From assembly GCF_001194135.2 (NCBI RefSeq), contig NC_069000.1, positions 15,352,379-15,416,378 on the forward strand: a stretch of DNA of 64,000 bases, read 5' to 3'. A program made the position numbers and the translations under genes. Position 1 is the first letter of the stretch. Each line of letters starts with the position of its first letter. The notes under the pieces are model-generated. The model saw only the letters and a list, made by a program, of their open reading frames with translations, was not told the DNA's origin and did no database searches. Source of the stretch: Octopus bimaculoides. Taxonomy: Eukaryota. This document shows positions 39,104 through 52,470 of this stretch, piece after piece.

Positions 39104-42100
39104 TAGTCTGTTATTTTTTTTTTTTATTATGACAAAAAAAATGATAATAAATACACAGCAGCTATTTATCAGAGACACTGAAAACATAACCGAACATTAT
39201 GTCTTGCTTATCTCATCTGAAAAAATGTGCTAGCGGTCAGTTGAATTACAATACAGAAGTGTGTCTGAAAATTTGTCAGTAGTCAAGAAAATGGCTGAAG
39301 AGTGATGATGAGCGAGTTGGTGATAATGATGTGATTGGCAATAGTGAAAGACGACAAGATATTCTATGTATTCAGCATAAAAAAAAAAAAGAGAAGTTGA
39401 TAAGTGCATGAAGTGGAAACAGGAAGATACAATGATAACAGTGATTGAGGATAAGACATGGATGTAATATTTTCATATTTTGGGGAAAAACGGTGGATGT
39501 GAGTTAAATTTCAGCTCAAGCGAACTTCGTTGATAAGCTACATGCATGTATGTAAACCAATGAGTGTGTGTATATATATATTAAACTGTTACAGGAAGCG
39601 GAGTGATAGTTTTGGCTAGCTTTTTTCATCAGACAATATTATACTTGGGTTCCAAAAGCTAGCAGGCGGAAACTTTGGAATCACTATCCTCCTTCTTTTA
39701 AAAATTTTATAAACACGTTCTCTTCTAAAAAGTACTGAATAATTCTTCAGTTTAATGTTAAATTGTTTCCATATTACAACTCGACATAAAAAAAAAAACT
39801 CCTACATTATATATACACACACACACACTAACATGCACGTATAGCTGATGTCTCTCTAATCTAAACTACATAAAGCAAACTGAACAAGAAGCTGAATTAA
39901 TAGTCATTATATCAACAAGAGGACGGCATGAAGTTGTGATCAGTAACTATATATATACATATATATATATATAGATAGATCTTGTGATCAGATATAAGAT
40001 GAAAGGAAACAGAGGGAGTCGTTTGAAGTTTAGACAGTAAAGATAAAGTTTGTGTCTTGTTCTTCCTTCATCGAAGTAGTGTAGGTGTATATAGACCAAT
40101 ATAAAAGTTAAAATGCTTGATTAGAAAAGAGCAGGGGGGGGGGAATGTTGGAACTATGAAAATGATATGGAATGGATCGGTTTACATTTGTTTTGTTTTT
40201 GTTTTGGAAAAAGAAAAAAACTTTTTCCTTTTTATAAAATTGCGAACAGTAAAAATGTTAGTTTGATGAAGTTTTTTTTGATAGAGAAATTATTACTACA
40301 TAGAGATGGTCAAGAAACAAGTTTTGTTTTGTTTATTTTTTTTGTATAAATATCAAAACTGGACACTGTTTTCTTTTCAGAATGGTAAACATTTTTGGAA
40401 ACAGATAAAGTTAAAAAAAAAAATTGTTAAAAGGTCCACTTTTTAAAATAAATTTTCATTGAATGCCTTTTCTCATGCCAAGTTATTTAAAATTTACCAA
40501 ACAATACATATGTAGCAGTCATAATAACTGACTAGCTTATTGTGTTTTTAAATGTTAAATAAACAATTATTATTCAAATGTATGAATATATAAAAAAAAT
40601 GATTCAGGAATTTCACATTAATATGTAAAAAGCAAAACGAAACTGGTTTGGTAAAAAATAACAATTCAATTTGCCATCTATAGTTACTGTGAGCCCACAA
40701 GGAAGAGGGAGAGGAGTACCACATACCAAAATGCTTTTTAAACTTTCAGCAATTCCTTATAGACAATAAACATGCAATAATAATACTAATGATTTCAAAG
40801 TTTGGCACAAGGCCAGGGGGAGAGAGAGCAAGTTGATTACATTGACCCCTAGTGTGCAACTGGTGCTTATTTTATTAACTCTGAAAGGCAAAGTCAACCT
40901 GGGCAGAATGTAAAGTCGGAAGAAATGCTGCAAAGCAATTTTCCTGACACGCTAATAATTCTGCCAGCTCACCACCTTAATAATAGTAATAATAATAATA
41001 ATAATAGTAAAGTGTGACAAATAATTGTCAACAAGGCAAGAAATTGGTTTAAACAATGGTTTTACTGAGTTTTAGGCACACCGTAAATCTGGGCGGATTA
41101 TATATTCTAAATATACCTTTAAGACAACATACCATCCATTAGAAAATTTAGGCATTTGCGAAATGTTAATATTAACATATTGGCGAAATATTCTATTATT
41201 AAAAGAAAGGTCACATGGTTTAAAATTTAGTGAAATTGGACGCTTCAAGTTTTTTTGTTTTTAGGTAATTGTCTATTTTCTTTAGCTTATTATTATTATT
41301 TCCTTCTTAGTCATCATTAATAAATCTTTAAATTATTGAAAAAACAAAATATCCCATAAGAATATAAATAATATTCAGGTCTCAGGGACCATTGTGGCAG
41401 AGAGTACAGTATTATAATAACAGCCCTATTAAACAATTATCTTGGCAAGACACAATAGTTATGTATGTGTGTATGTATATATATATATTTTCTCACACAC
41501 TCGTCTCTACACATGAATACATATTCACATGCAGCTTAATGTACATACCTATATGCATATATATATCTGCATATCAAACTGCATGTGTATACACACACAC
41601 ATATACATATGTACTCATCTCTCTCTGTCATATATATAAATGCATATAAATATATATACACACACACACACACAGGTACCTATACATATAAATATATGTA
41701 TACAAATATATGGACATGCATCTATACACACACACAAACAAACACAGAGAGAGACTGGGGAGGGGAAGAGAAAGTGTTCTTGCTATGAGACAGTCCCCAT
41801 AACAGATGTGTATCATCTACTTGGCTTTGGCTCCAAAAGGACGTGAGAAAGTAGGGCTAAAACGTGAAATAATGTCATTGCAAACGGATGGAGGATGGAA
41901 AGTAGCCAGAAACATATAATGTGCTAAATATTTCAAGTCTGAAAAGGCTATTTATACTTATCGAAAGAAATGTAATTTTTTTTCCCACATTTAACTGAAA
42001 CTTTAGATATTATATATACATATATATATATAGTAACCAATAATTGACTACAAATATTGAATCAAAGATAAAGACAAGATTTTTGTTATTGTTGATGACA

Positions 42101-44348
42101 AGGCCACATATTAATTATCGTTAAGTGGAAGAGATCAAAAATAGTGAAAGAATGAAAACAATACCAATCATTATATACATGTACATATATAGTATTTTTT
42201 GGCATACAAGTCAAATATTTTAGGCGTTCAGTAACCCTGCGTGGCACCTTGGGCAAGTGTCTTTTGATGTTTTTATTGTTCTTTTTGATATTATTATTAT
42301 TATTATTCAGGTTACTGCTTGGAATTGAACTTGGAATCAGTAGCCCATGCTCTTAACCATGTTAACAACAAACAAGATGAGGACAAATATTCGTCAAATA
42401 TAAATAGTGACCAGGTTTGAATGTTTACACTATATACTACATTGACTTGAATATCAGGAAATACAGTATGCATGTATGTCTGTATCAATAACGTTTGTAT
42501 AGTATTATATAACTGCATTGTGTTTTTGTCTTTCATGTAATGGTTTTTAGATTTAAATAGTTTAAAATATTCTTCTTACTGCTCCAGACATAAATTGGCA
42601 GTTTTTATGAACTGAATTTTAAAACTAAAATAATCTTTCAATTTAGTATAGAAGGATACAACTCAGTTAACTAACTCAAGAAATATAATGAGTTCAGCAA
42701 TTCAGAAGCTGAAATATTGAGTAATAATCCAATTTTCTTAGGTTTATTCCAAAGTATATATATTTATAAAATTCATTAAATTAAGTTAAAAATGAAACAT
42801 GTGATATATGGGGAATGGAATAATTAAAAATTGCGAATTCTATTTTAACTGCTCTTTTTTCTTTTTCTTCATGTTATGTATGTGTATGTATGTAATAAGA
42901 TACACTTATAAATATATTTAATAAACTCTCAAGCATGTCTGTATAAAAAAAAAAAAAAAAAAAAGACACGTTTTTGAAAACCCACGTGTCTAGTTGGCAA
43001 GAGCATTTGAGAAAGTATGCCTCTTAAGGTACATACTCCAAACACGCACTTTCAAATACATATTTACTTTCAAGTATAAAAAAACAGAAAGTATACAAGT
43101 AGGAAACAATACAGAGTGAAAGGGTCTATTGTCTTTTTTTAATGTTCTGTTAAAAAGCTCAAAAGTAAATGTACCCCCATTAACCTAGTTTAACAGAATA
43201 GACAAGTGAGAAAATCAAAAAAATTTTTGTAGGTTAACATTGAAATGCTTATAGAATCAAACGTATTGTTAGGTTGCTGAACTTAACAATGGCCGATCGC
43301 TAAACAAGGCTAAAATAATGGCCATGGGAAGACTTAAACAAGGAAGTATAAAGAAATATTATAATAAAAATTATGTATATTTCAAGTGTGTGTGTGTGAG
43401 GAGGGTTAATATTTGAATAGAAATGAAAATCTAGGTTTTGAGAATAAATCTATTCATCTGTCTCTATATATATATACATACATATTCAAAATAAATATAT
43501 GGTTCCTTTGAGCATTGTATTTTAAGTAACGAGATGAGATACAAATGATGGTACCTAAACTGAGAGAGATTTTCTCTCTCCCTCTTGAACACATTTTCTT
43601 TCTCTCTCATTCACTCAAGGCATTCATAGACTATTTTATAGCTATGACATTAGTAAAGCTAATGGTGTAAAAAAAAAAACAAAAACAAAACAAAAATGCC
43701 ATATAACTGAGACATGCGGATTAACAATAGGAATCAGAAGTTTAGTTAGGTGGTAAGACTTCATTAATTTTGCTTGGGTGGTTAAAAAAAAAAAAAAAAA
43801 AAGCTGAAATTTTAAATGGTGGGTAGGAGAATTTTTTCTGGTGGATTGAGTTAGAGTGGGACTTAAAATCAAAATGTCATCATTGTTATTGTAATTATTT
43901 ACAATTAATTAATAATTATTCATTACAGTAAGAACAATGAACTGAGAAAGCATTTTAAATTTCAAATAGTTCATCACAAAAATTTGTGGTTTAGGCTGGA
44001 TGGATGAGGAAAATGGATGGATTCAAAGATTTTAAACAAGTGAAGATAATCTTTGGATTATAGTTAGTATGTATGGCTCTTACAAGAATGATGGTCAGTT
44101 GATAGTCATGATATGGCAGAGCAGGCAAAGAATAAATGAGTGGAAGGTACATTGTGTGTTTGTTTGTTTTTAAGACTAGAATAATGAAGGAATTTGTAAA
44201 AAGTATAAAAGAGGAAATGAGTAAGAGAAATGAGAAAGATAAAGATGTAGAAGATGAAATGAGATGAAGAGAAATTGTCATTTTGATGGTGGAAGGAAAA
44301 GACTTTTGTCAGTTTTTGTAATTTTTTTTTTTTTTTTAATATTTTGTT

Positions 44349-45520
44349 TTACATTTTCTGACAAATTTCCAAAGCTCTGTGGCGAACCTGTGAGGAATCA
44401 AGGAGATCATATTCAAGGTTGAAGTAAGTAGATGGCTTCTGTTCAAATGTCATAACAACTGAAGATCCCCGGCAGAAATCTGCAATGTCTGAAGGCCTCT
44501 CCTCATCAAGTTCAGACAGAGGTGTACCGTTTGGAGAATGATTCCCAGAACGTTTTTGCAGCAAGTGATGTTGTTCTCCTTCACAACTATCATAGGAAAA
44601 ATCAAGTATGTCACCTGAAGAATTTGAACTAACACTGCCAATACTGAGCCTCTTCCGAGCATCACTGCTCATTGAAGTATAACCATTATGGAGACAAAGT
44701 CCAGATTTTTTCAGAATGCCACGCCGTCGGACACAATCAGTTCGAACAGAGTTGACCACTGTTGATCCTGTGTTATAATCCACATGACTATAACTACTTT
44801 CTTTTATTGTTAAAAAGCTATCGGCATCACTATTGGCAGGAATGTCAGAGTTTGGTTCTGTTTTGTCAGACAACATAGAGCCTATAGTTGGGGGACTACT
44901 GCTACAGTTTAAACTGAGGCTGTTGGTGGGAGGGGAACTGTGTTTTGGCAAGCTTTTTTGGAATGATGAGCATGTATTATTAAATCCATTGCTGTTGGGA
45001 TTACTGTTTTCCTTACATGAGCCTTCTATCACACTGTAGCTGGTTGTACTTTTATCTTCTCTCATACAGCTACCTGTTTGCTTTAGAATACTCCGGACAG
45101 GCTTTTGATCCAGATTAACACGTTGGTAAAATTCACTGGAAGCACCATTGCCACTGACAGAAACATTTTGTCGATGAGTATGTCTAGGAGAATGATATTT
45201 TATATCAGGGATAACTGTACTGTCCAATGTTGACAATTTGTCTCCATCATGCTGCTCTTGTCTTTGTCTTGACAAAGTTTTACTGGGAAAGTTCCCTCTT
45301 CTTCGCAGTTCATTTATATCAATTTCACCATCACTATCAGAAGATAAGCTAGATCGGTCACAGATATGAATTGGAGCCTGTAACCAGGGTCCAGGATATG
45401 GTTCATTGTTAGGTGTGAAGTTGTATCCCATGTTGACCCACCAATGATGGACAACTTTCTCCACATTGGCTCTCCTCTCAGGATTCACAGTGAGTAGATG
45501 TCGTATAAGGCCCGCAGCTT
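44349..45520 (-). CDS. NUAK: NUAK-family kinase terminal coding exon (subdomain XI plus long Ser-rich tail), TAA stop at 44351-44349
   Basis: ttctttccag|AA GCT GCG GGC = (E)AAGLIRHLLTVNPERRANVEKVVHHWWVNMGY..., open to ...ALEICQKM*. It contains SILK and GILK motifs. The first 23 residues of the ORF-track protein are intronic. Confidence 0.95.
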
Positions 45521-46129
45521 CTGGAAAGAAGAGAAAATGTAGTAAGAATGTAACAAAGACAAAAGCATTTATCAAATAATTCAATTTCATTATTTAAAGA
45601 CACAACACGTGAAACATGTGCTCATAAAACTTCTGATCAAGATCATTCTATTTTTAAGGTGTTTCCAGAATTTGTTAAATGTTGTATATAGATGCTTTAC
45701 ATTCCATTTCACTCTACTGATCAGACTATCAAATGTGATAAACTGCTGGCTGTAAGGTGTCTCCTCACACTGTTGCAGCCTTCTAATGATGTCATCCTGA
45801 GGGTAGGCAGGCAGGTAGGCTAACATTCCCCCCTGAAAGTAATACCAGTCTGTCATAGGGTTACTCGTAAAATAAAGTGTTTAGCTCAAGAACAAAATGC
45901 ACTGCTCAATCTGGGAGCGGAAATCACAATCATAAGATTGTGAAGGCAACGCCCTAGCCACTAAACCATGCACCTGCAGTACATTCCAGATATTGAACAT
46001 CAAATTAATAAGCATTAAGAAAGAATGCTTATTAAAGTGCAAATTGTTGGAAAGTGGAAAATGATGTGGTTTGGTCACGTAACATAACTCCATGACACCA
46101 TACTTCTAGTCCAATGATGATATATTTAA

Positions 46130-46350
46130 CCCTTTAGCATTCAGATTACTTTGTCAAATACAATGTATATTTATTTTCACTGTTTTGAATTAATGAGGTA
46201 TTATCTTGTAGCTTAAAGATTTAAAATGATGTGATTGTATATTTTTAGAATGACATTGTGGGATAGGTGTGAGATGCTGGATCTAATCAGTTTGAACATA
46301 AAACAAGTAGAATATTTGGGCCAGATATGACCAATTTGAATATTAAAGAG
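46130..46350 (+). mobile_element. TTAA-flanked MITE (piggyBac-like ends), copy 1
   Basis: ttaa|CCCTTTAGCATT at the left end; degenerate right end AATATTAAAGAG|tcaa. Confidence 0.75.
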
Positions 46351-46864
46351 TCAAGGGAAACCAGGTGGTTGTTTGACCTGCAAAAAATAGAAGAGAATTT
46401 CCCACCTGCCATTTTACAATATAAAGAACACACTGGACAATATAGTCCACAATGTATGAAAAGATGGGATGGTCAAGACTGGAATGACTTTGTTCACAGG
46501 CCTACTTAGAGATGACAACCTTGAATGAATGTGTTATAAGACCACAAGAAGTGGCGGTGGAGCAACATCGAAGAATGGATAGAAAATACAAGTTTGGCTG
46601 ATGATCAAAAAAGATTGAAGTGAAATTTACTGTTTCCTTGATATCACATTATGGTGAACAACATCACCATTAGTTGCAAGTTTTCCATGAGCCAATCATT
46701 GATTCACAGCTCAAACTGGAACTATTCAAGATTATTAACTGCATTGAATTCAACAGTCTTAGAGAAAACCTGCATAGGTCATGGAAACAGCTCTTTCCTC
46801 CTGATCATGAATTACCAAACATTTCCAAAATCTACTGTGATATTGTTTCTTTTAATTTACTTAC

Positions 46865-46997
46865 CAGAAGACTTTGTAGGTTCATAATAATCTCCAGTGG
46901 ATATCTGCTTCCTTAGCACCTTGAAATCATTGCCATCAAATGGCATGGCGCCATAGACCAATGTATACAAAAGCACCCCTAAACTCCAACAATCAAC
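46865..46997 (-). CDS. NUAK: NUAK-family kinase coding exon, 133 bp; not in ORF track
   Basis: tttacag|GTT GAT TGT TGG...TCT TCT G|gtaagt = [44 protein letters not shown]+G (subdomains IX-X). The phase-1 end joins G|AA = Glu. Confidence 0.96.
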
Positions 46998-47275
46998 CTG
47001 TAAAGCAAAAAATGCAGAAATTGTCAGGAATTATCTTATTCTTCAAAAAGGTTTAGAATGCAACAAAAGCAAATCTAAAAGAACTGATCCGAGGTATCTT
47101 CATCTCTCCCTCCCACAACAAGGCCATCACCTCCATATTGCCATAGTATAGCAAACATTCAAGACTATATTCTATTACATCACCTCTAACTTATGTCAAC
47201 TGATCTCCATGATAAAATACATAGATGAAAAAGATTTTTAAAAAATGTTCTAGGAATTCATGAATAAAACCTTAC

Positions 47276-47395
47276 CTCTGGTCCCCGGTAGGGAATTCCA
47301 TTGATGATCTCTGGGGAAGCATACAGTGGACTACCACAGAAAGTTGTGAGAGGAGAATTATTACTGAAGAAGTTGGACAGACCAAAATCAGCAAC
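47276..47395 (-). CDS. NUAK: NUAK-family kinase coding exon, 120 bp (DFG and activation loop); not in ORF track
   Basis: actag|GTT GCT GAT TTT GGT...CCA GAG|gtaagg = [52 protein letters not shown] and PYRGPE are NUAK signatures. Confidence 0.97.
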
Positions 47396-47693
47396 CTAGT
47401 CAGAAGGAAAATGAAACCAACAAATAATTAAATTAAATTAGTGATGAGAATAAATGTGATTCTTACAAGCTAAACAATCTTTGGGATAAAAACTCTCTCT
47501 CTCTATGCATGTATATCCATGTATGTACACGTGTGTATGTGCATATGCATATATATAACTGTCATCTCTGAAGAGCACAAGGTTATGTAATTGAGCCATT
47601 ACCTAACACTCCATTGAACTGCTGATGCAAAACCGACTGAAAAGATCAGCCGTAATGGATACATATAATACTGTACACTTTGATCAATATTAT

Positions 47694-47742
<49 letters not shown>

Positions 47743-47852
47743 AGTAAAGAAATAAGAGTAAGTAGATGGAGGGAGAGAAAAAATAGGATGGCATGAACAA
47801 GTAAAATATCGATGTTACAATATGTTCCAGCTTGTTTAGTAATAATGCTTAC

Positions 47853-47918
47853 CTTAACATTTTCATCTCTGTCCAGTACAATATTCTCTAATTTCAGATC
47901 ACGGTGGACAATACCATT
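47853..47918 (-). CDS. NUAK: NUAK-family kinase coding exon, 66 bp (catalytic loop); not in ORF track
   Basis: ttttag|AAT GGT ATT GTC CAC CGT GAT CTG AAA TTA GAG AAT...GTT AAG|gtaagc = NGIVHRDLKLENIVLDRDENVK, containing HRDLKLEN. Confidence 0.97.
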
Positions 47919-48293
47919 CTAAAAGTGTAAAGAAGAAAAGAAAATAAAAAGATGTAATTTACATAGCTGCAAACACACACGTCTGATTTTAAAAATAGGA
48001 GCATTAGAATTCAATACCACAAAGCAGAGAATATAGATATACTTTTACTTCTTTCAGTCATTCGACACTGGCCATGCTGGAGCACCACCTCGAAGGGTTT
48101 TAATGGAACAAATCAACCCCAGTATTTATGCATCTGTTTTGGCAGGGATGGATGGATGCCCTTCCTACCCCCTCCCCAGCAGAATAGAATAAAGCCATAC
48201 CCACTCGGCTGGGCATGGGTGGAAGGGAGATGCATTCCCTTTTTTTTTTCCTTGTCTTGCAAGTTACTTGGTGCTCTCACGAGTGCTTGAGGT

Positions 48294-48324
<31 letters not shown>

Positions 48325-48455
48325 GCACCACTACACACTCTAAGGTGGTACCCCAGACTGAAACAAGTAAAAGATCAAAGGCAGTGGTATGTATTCTTCT
48401 CGAATTTTAGCTAATTTCAGAATATATATGAAGGCATGTTAACAACGGCCCTTAC

Positions 48456-48607
48456 CTGGTGGCAATAATATATTGCTGAAGCGATTTGCCGAAACATTCG
48501 TCTGGCTTCTCTCTCAGGTAAAGGTTTCTTCTTATTGATATAGTCATAGAGTTCCCCTCCAGCAGCGTAATCCATCACCATAATTATCTTCTCCTTGTTC
48601 TCAAACA
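48456..48607 (-). CDS. NUAK: NUAK-family kinase coding exon, 152 bp
   Basis: tttttcag|TG TTT GAG AAC...CAC CAG|gtaagg = (V)FENKEKIIMVMDYAAGGELYDYINKKKPLPEREARRMFRQIASAIYYCHQ. This is the AMPK-related kinase hinge region. Confidence 0.96.
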
Positions 48608-48789
48608 CTGAAAAATATCAGAAGAAAAAAAACATCTCTTTAATGTCTTAAAGTATGCATGATGCTTGTAGGAGAATAAGGGTCAAATTATTATTTATGC
48701 CAATGAAGCTCAGTTAATTTGTTGGTTGTTCTTTGCCATCACTTCCTTAATGTGTACCTGTTAAGGGAATTTCAACATGAGTCCCTTAA

Positions 48790-49001
48790 CCTTTAGCATT
48801 GAAACCAGCCATATTTGGCTTTAATATTCTTCCTGTATTATATTTAAACTGGTCAGATCAGGCCTCTAGCACCTATCCTGCAATGTCATTCTAAAAATAA
48901 ACAATCATATCATCAAGTTCTTGAAGCTATGAGATACTTATTCACATTGCTTTGAATACATTAAACATTACATTTGACAGAGTAATCTGAATGTTAAAGG
49001 G
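48790..49001 (-). mobile_element. TTAA-flanked MITE, copy 2, inverted relative to copy 1
   Basis: ttaa|CCTTTAGCATT...AATGTTAAAGGG|ttaa. The reverse complement aligns with copy 1 (ccctttaacattcagattactctgtcaaat...tttttagaatgacattg). Confidence 0.8.
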
Positions 49002-50166
49002 TTAAATCATATGCACTATAGTCTTTAAAAAAATACAGAATTTTCACAGCTGGAATACCTTTAATCATTAGTCTGCTTATCAGTCAAGACAGACCTGAGT
49101 ATAAGCAACAAAGCAAAAACAACCAACCAATTGTTACCTGTCCATACAGTTGTTGCTTGGCCACAGGTCAGCCTAGTTGAAATTCAACTTAAGAACAAAG
49201 GCATTTCAACTGCCACCTTTCCTAGGACTACATAATTTAATCTATTCCTTTCTGTTTTTCTAGAATGGCAGAGCATAATTCGAAGAATTTAGCTATTATC
49301 TCTATGTAAGTAAAAAAAAAAAAAAAACCCCAAAATAACCCAACAAACAGTATTTTATATGTCCTTCTTATTGGTTGTTATATTGTAATAGATATTAAAG
49401 TCGAAGTCAAAATACAGAAGAACAGTGTGTAAAATAAATTTACTTTCAAAAGGCTGCCAAGCGAGGAAATCAAGACAAAAATGCATAGGAACCCCTGACA
49501 GAGAGGGCTCTACCTTGCTCCTGGTTCAAGCAAGAGTTTAACTGAATTTATATATTGTTGATTCATTTTTAAGTGATTTTTATCTTCAGAGACTCAAAAC
49601 AAGTTTTTCTTGTCTCCAGTACGATATATAAGGAATATATTCCAATTGGGAGACATCAATCATCTTAACACAATAACCCAACAAATTAAAGCCAATCATA
49701 AATTATCACACACACACACACATATATATATATATAGAGAGAGAGGGGGGGGGGGGGAGGCAAACATTTTTTTTTATGTGACAAACCAAGTGCAAAGTCA
49801 TTAAGTAGGTTTTTGAAAGATTTCAACAAGATACTTGATATGTAAGAAATTACTGTAAGGAATAAAATAGAATTATGGTAAGGGAATAAAATAAGTGGAG
49901 AGGAAAAAGATCAACATTGCTCACAGCAGTTAAAAGTATTTATAAAGGTCAGAGAGAGACATCTTTAATAATTATTAGAGAGAGAGAGAAAGAAGGAGAG
50001 CTTTAAAAGTTTTGTAAGGTTTCGAGTGGGAAGCACAAGATACAATATACAGCAAAAGAAGTACCTTGAAATTTGCGAAGTTGGGGAGATGAAACACTGA
50101 AAGGGTCTCTCCCATTCACTTCTCCTCTTCTCATTTTACGAGCGTTCATATGTGGGGGACAAGTTT

Positions 50167-50208
<42 letters not shown>

Positions 50209-51926
50209 TACATATGAAGGCCAACTAGCATACATATTGCTTTCTCTATTTAGACCATATAACTGTGACATGACATTTATTGTTTAAGGACGTGCATACA
50301 TTTTAAAAATTTAAACATACAGCACCATGCTCTTACTGCTAAACTGGAAACAAAGAAATGAACACATATTTATCTCTATCTGGCTGTGTGTGTGTGTGTG
50401 TGTGTTAAATAAACTGGAGGAAGCAGTTGTTTTATTGCATTATGCTACAATTGTTTCATCAATGCTTTGTCAGAAAAATTGTTGCTGGAATATTCTTATA
50501 TAATATACAAAATAATACATCGCATTAATATAATTTTATCAATCCTGGAAAATGTCAGCTTTTCAGGTATTATGTATGAACTGGTTTGCTTCATTCTCCT
50601 AGTTAATATTTATATAAACTCTATGGATATTCATGGTTTTTTCAGATGCATCTTCAGTAAAGCAATCAATTTTCACTGTAAAACCATATCTGATGATAGA
50701 CACCTTTGGACTGGCCTTTTTAAAGTAAACCCAAGTAAATTGATACATGTGTATATGCTGCAAAGCTATGGTTCCAGGTTGCAAGAAGTGCAAACAGCTA
50801 ATTATTTCCACCTCAATAGTAGATTAGGCTGAAAACTGTGAATGTTTGTGTGTATGTATCTGAATCAAATATGTTAAACCAACAGATGTTAAACACAGAC
50901 ACCTGCATATACACACGCACATATGCATATATATATACACCTATACATACACAAGTCTGTATATAACAATACTGCACATGATATGCAGACACATTGGTAT
51001 GCAGACATATTGGCTTTGTTGACTGACATTTCAAAATTACATTCACATGGCTGAAGGTGTACTCCAGCATGGCCTGAGCATGATGACCTAAAGCAATCTA
51101 AAGAACACTCTCTCTCTCTCCCCCTCTCTCACTCACTCACTCACTCACACACAGTTTTAACAATACTACAAATACACAGATCCGAACCCGTTTGACAAGC
51201 TTTATATCTAATCTTACTTGAGTTTATTATTTTGAATTGGTCCAGAAAACATTGGCAAAGAAAAAAGTTAATTTAGTGTATGTTCTATTTTGTCTACTTT
51301 GCAACAGTGACAATGTGTTTTTTTTTTGGGGGGGGGGAGAATCTACAGGGTTTTTCTCAGAAAAACAATGTTACCTGACATGATTATCTTTCAAGTAATA
51401 CCTACTATAATATATCTTAGATAAATGTATTGAGATGGGTTTTTTTTCTTTTTATCTATTCAGCAATCATCACCTCCTTAACATTATATCATATCTTTGT
51501 TATATAGTGTGCCACCATACCCATTACATCTTCTCATTGTATCACTACACACAGAGACACAGAAACAGACACGTGCATCTCACTCCCTCTCTGTCTCTTG
51601 GTATCAATAACCAGTTGTTTGAACTTGGTATACATATATTTCACATTATTAGTAAAGTCCAAGAAGGTATGAATTGTTGGACATTCTTTACTGAGGACNN
51701 NNNNNNNNNNNNNNNNNNNNNNNNNNNNNNNNNNNNNNNNNNNNNNNNNNNNNNNNNNNNNNNNNNNNNNNNNNNNNNNNNNNNNNNNNNNNNNNNNNTG
51801 GCAAAGTTTCTACAACTGGATGCCCTTCCTAATGCCAACCACTCTGAGGGTGCAATAGGTGCTTTTTACGTGCCACCAGCACAAGGGCCAGTCAGGCAGG
51901 ACTGGCTGGCCACAACTTTTAATTTC

Positions 51927-51968
<42 letters not shown>

Positions 51969-52369
51969 TAGAATGTACACACACACACATATATATAAAC
52001 CTGATTTGTTTTATGCTTGTTATTGAGTGAAATTATATACAAAAACATTAAAATGGAGGATAACTTAGTACTGTTTAGTAGAGTATATATTTAGTAACTT
52101 TTACAACGCCAAAGTTGGCAGTGACTTTGATGTTTCAAATTGCCTGCTATCATAGACACACACACACACACACTGTTCTTCTTTTGATATATACATGTAT
52201 ATGCACAACTGTGGCCCAACCCTTGCCAACATGGCAGGCAGACATTAAATGATGACAATAATTAGGTAACGAGCTCATTAAATCTGTACCATGTCTATGA
52301 TTTTGTATATATTCAGACAATCTATTTGAAACATATGAATTTAACAAAGTAGTTATATATACACACACA

Positions 52370-52470
<101 letters not shown>

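Noticed and set aside
45521-45590. Hydrophobic N-terminus MKLNYLINAFVFVTFLLHFLFFP of the 413-aa ORF, resembling a signal peptide
   Set aside because: It is the polypyrimidine tract and acceptor of the intron; the exon starts at 45520.
46605-46635. CTGATGA...GAAA candidates here and near 5757, 39625 and 50650
   Set aside because: Stem I, II or III could not be formed in the required register, so they were not counted as hammerheads.
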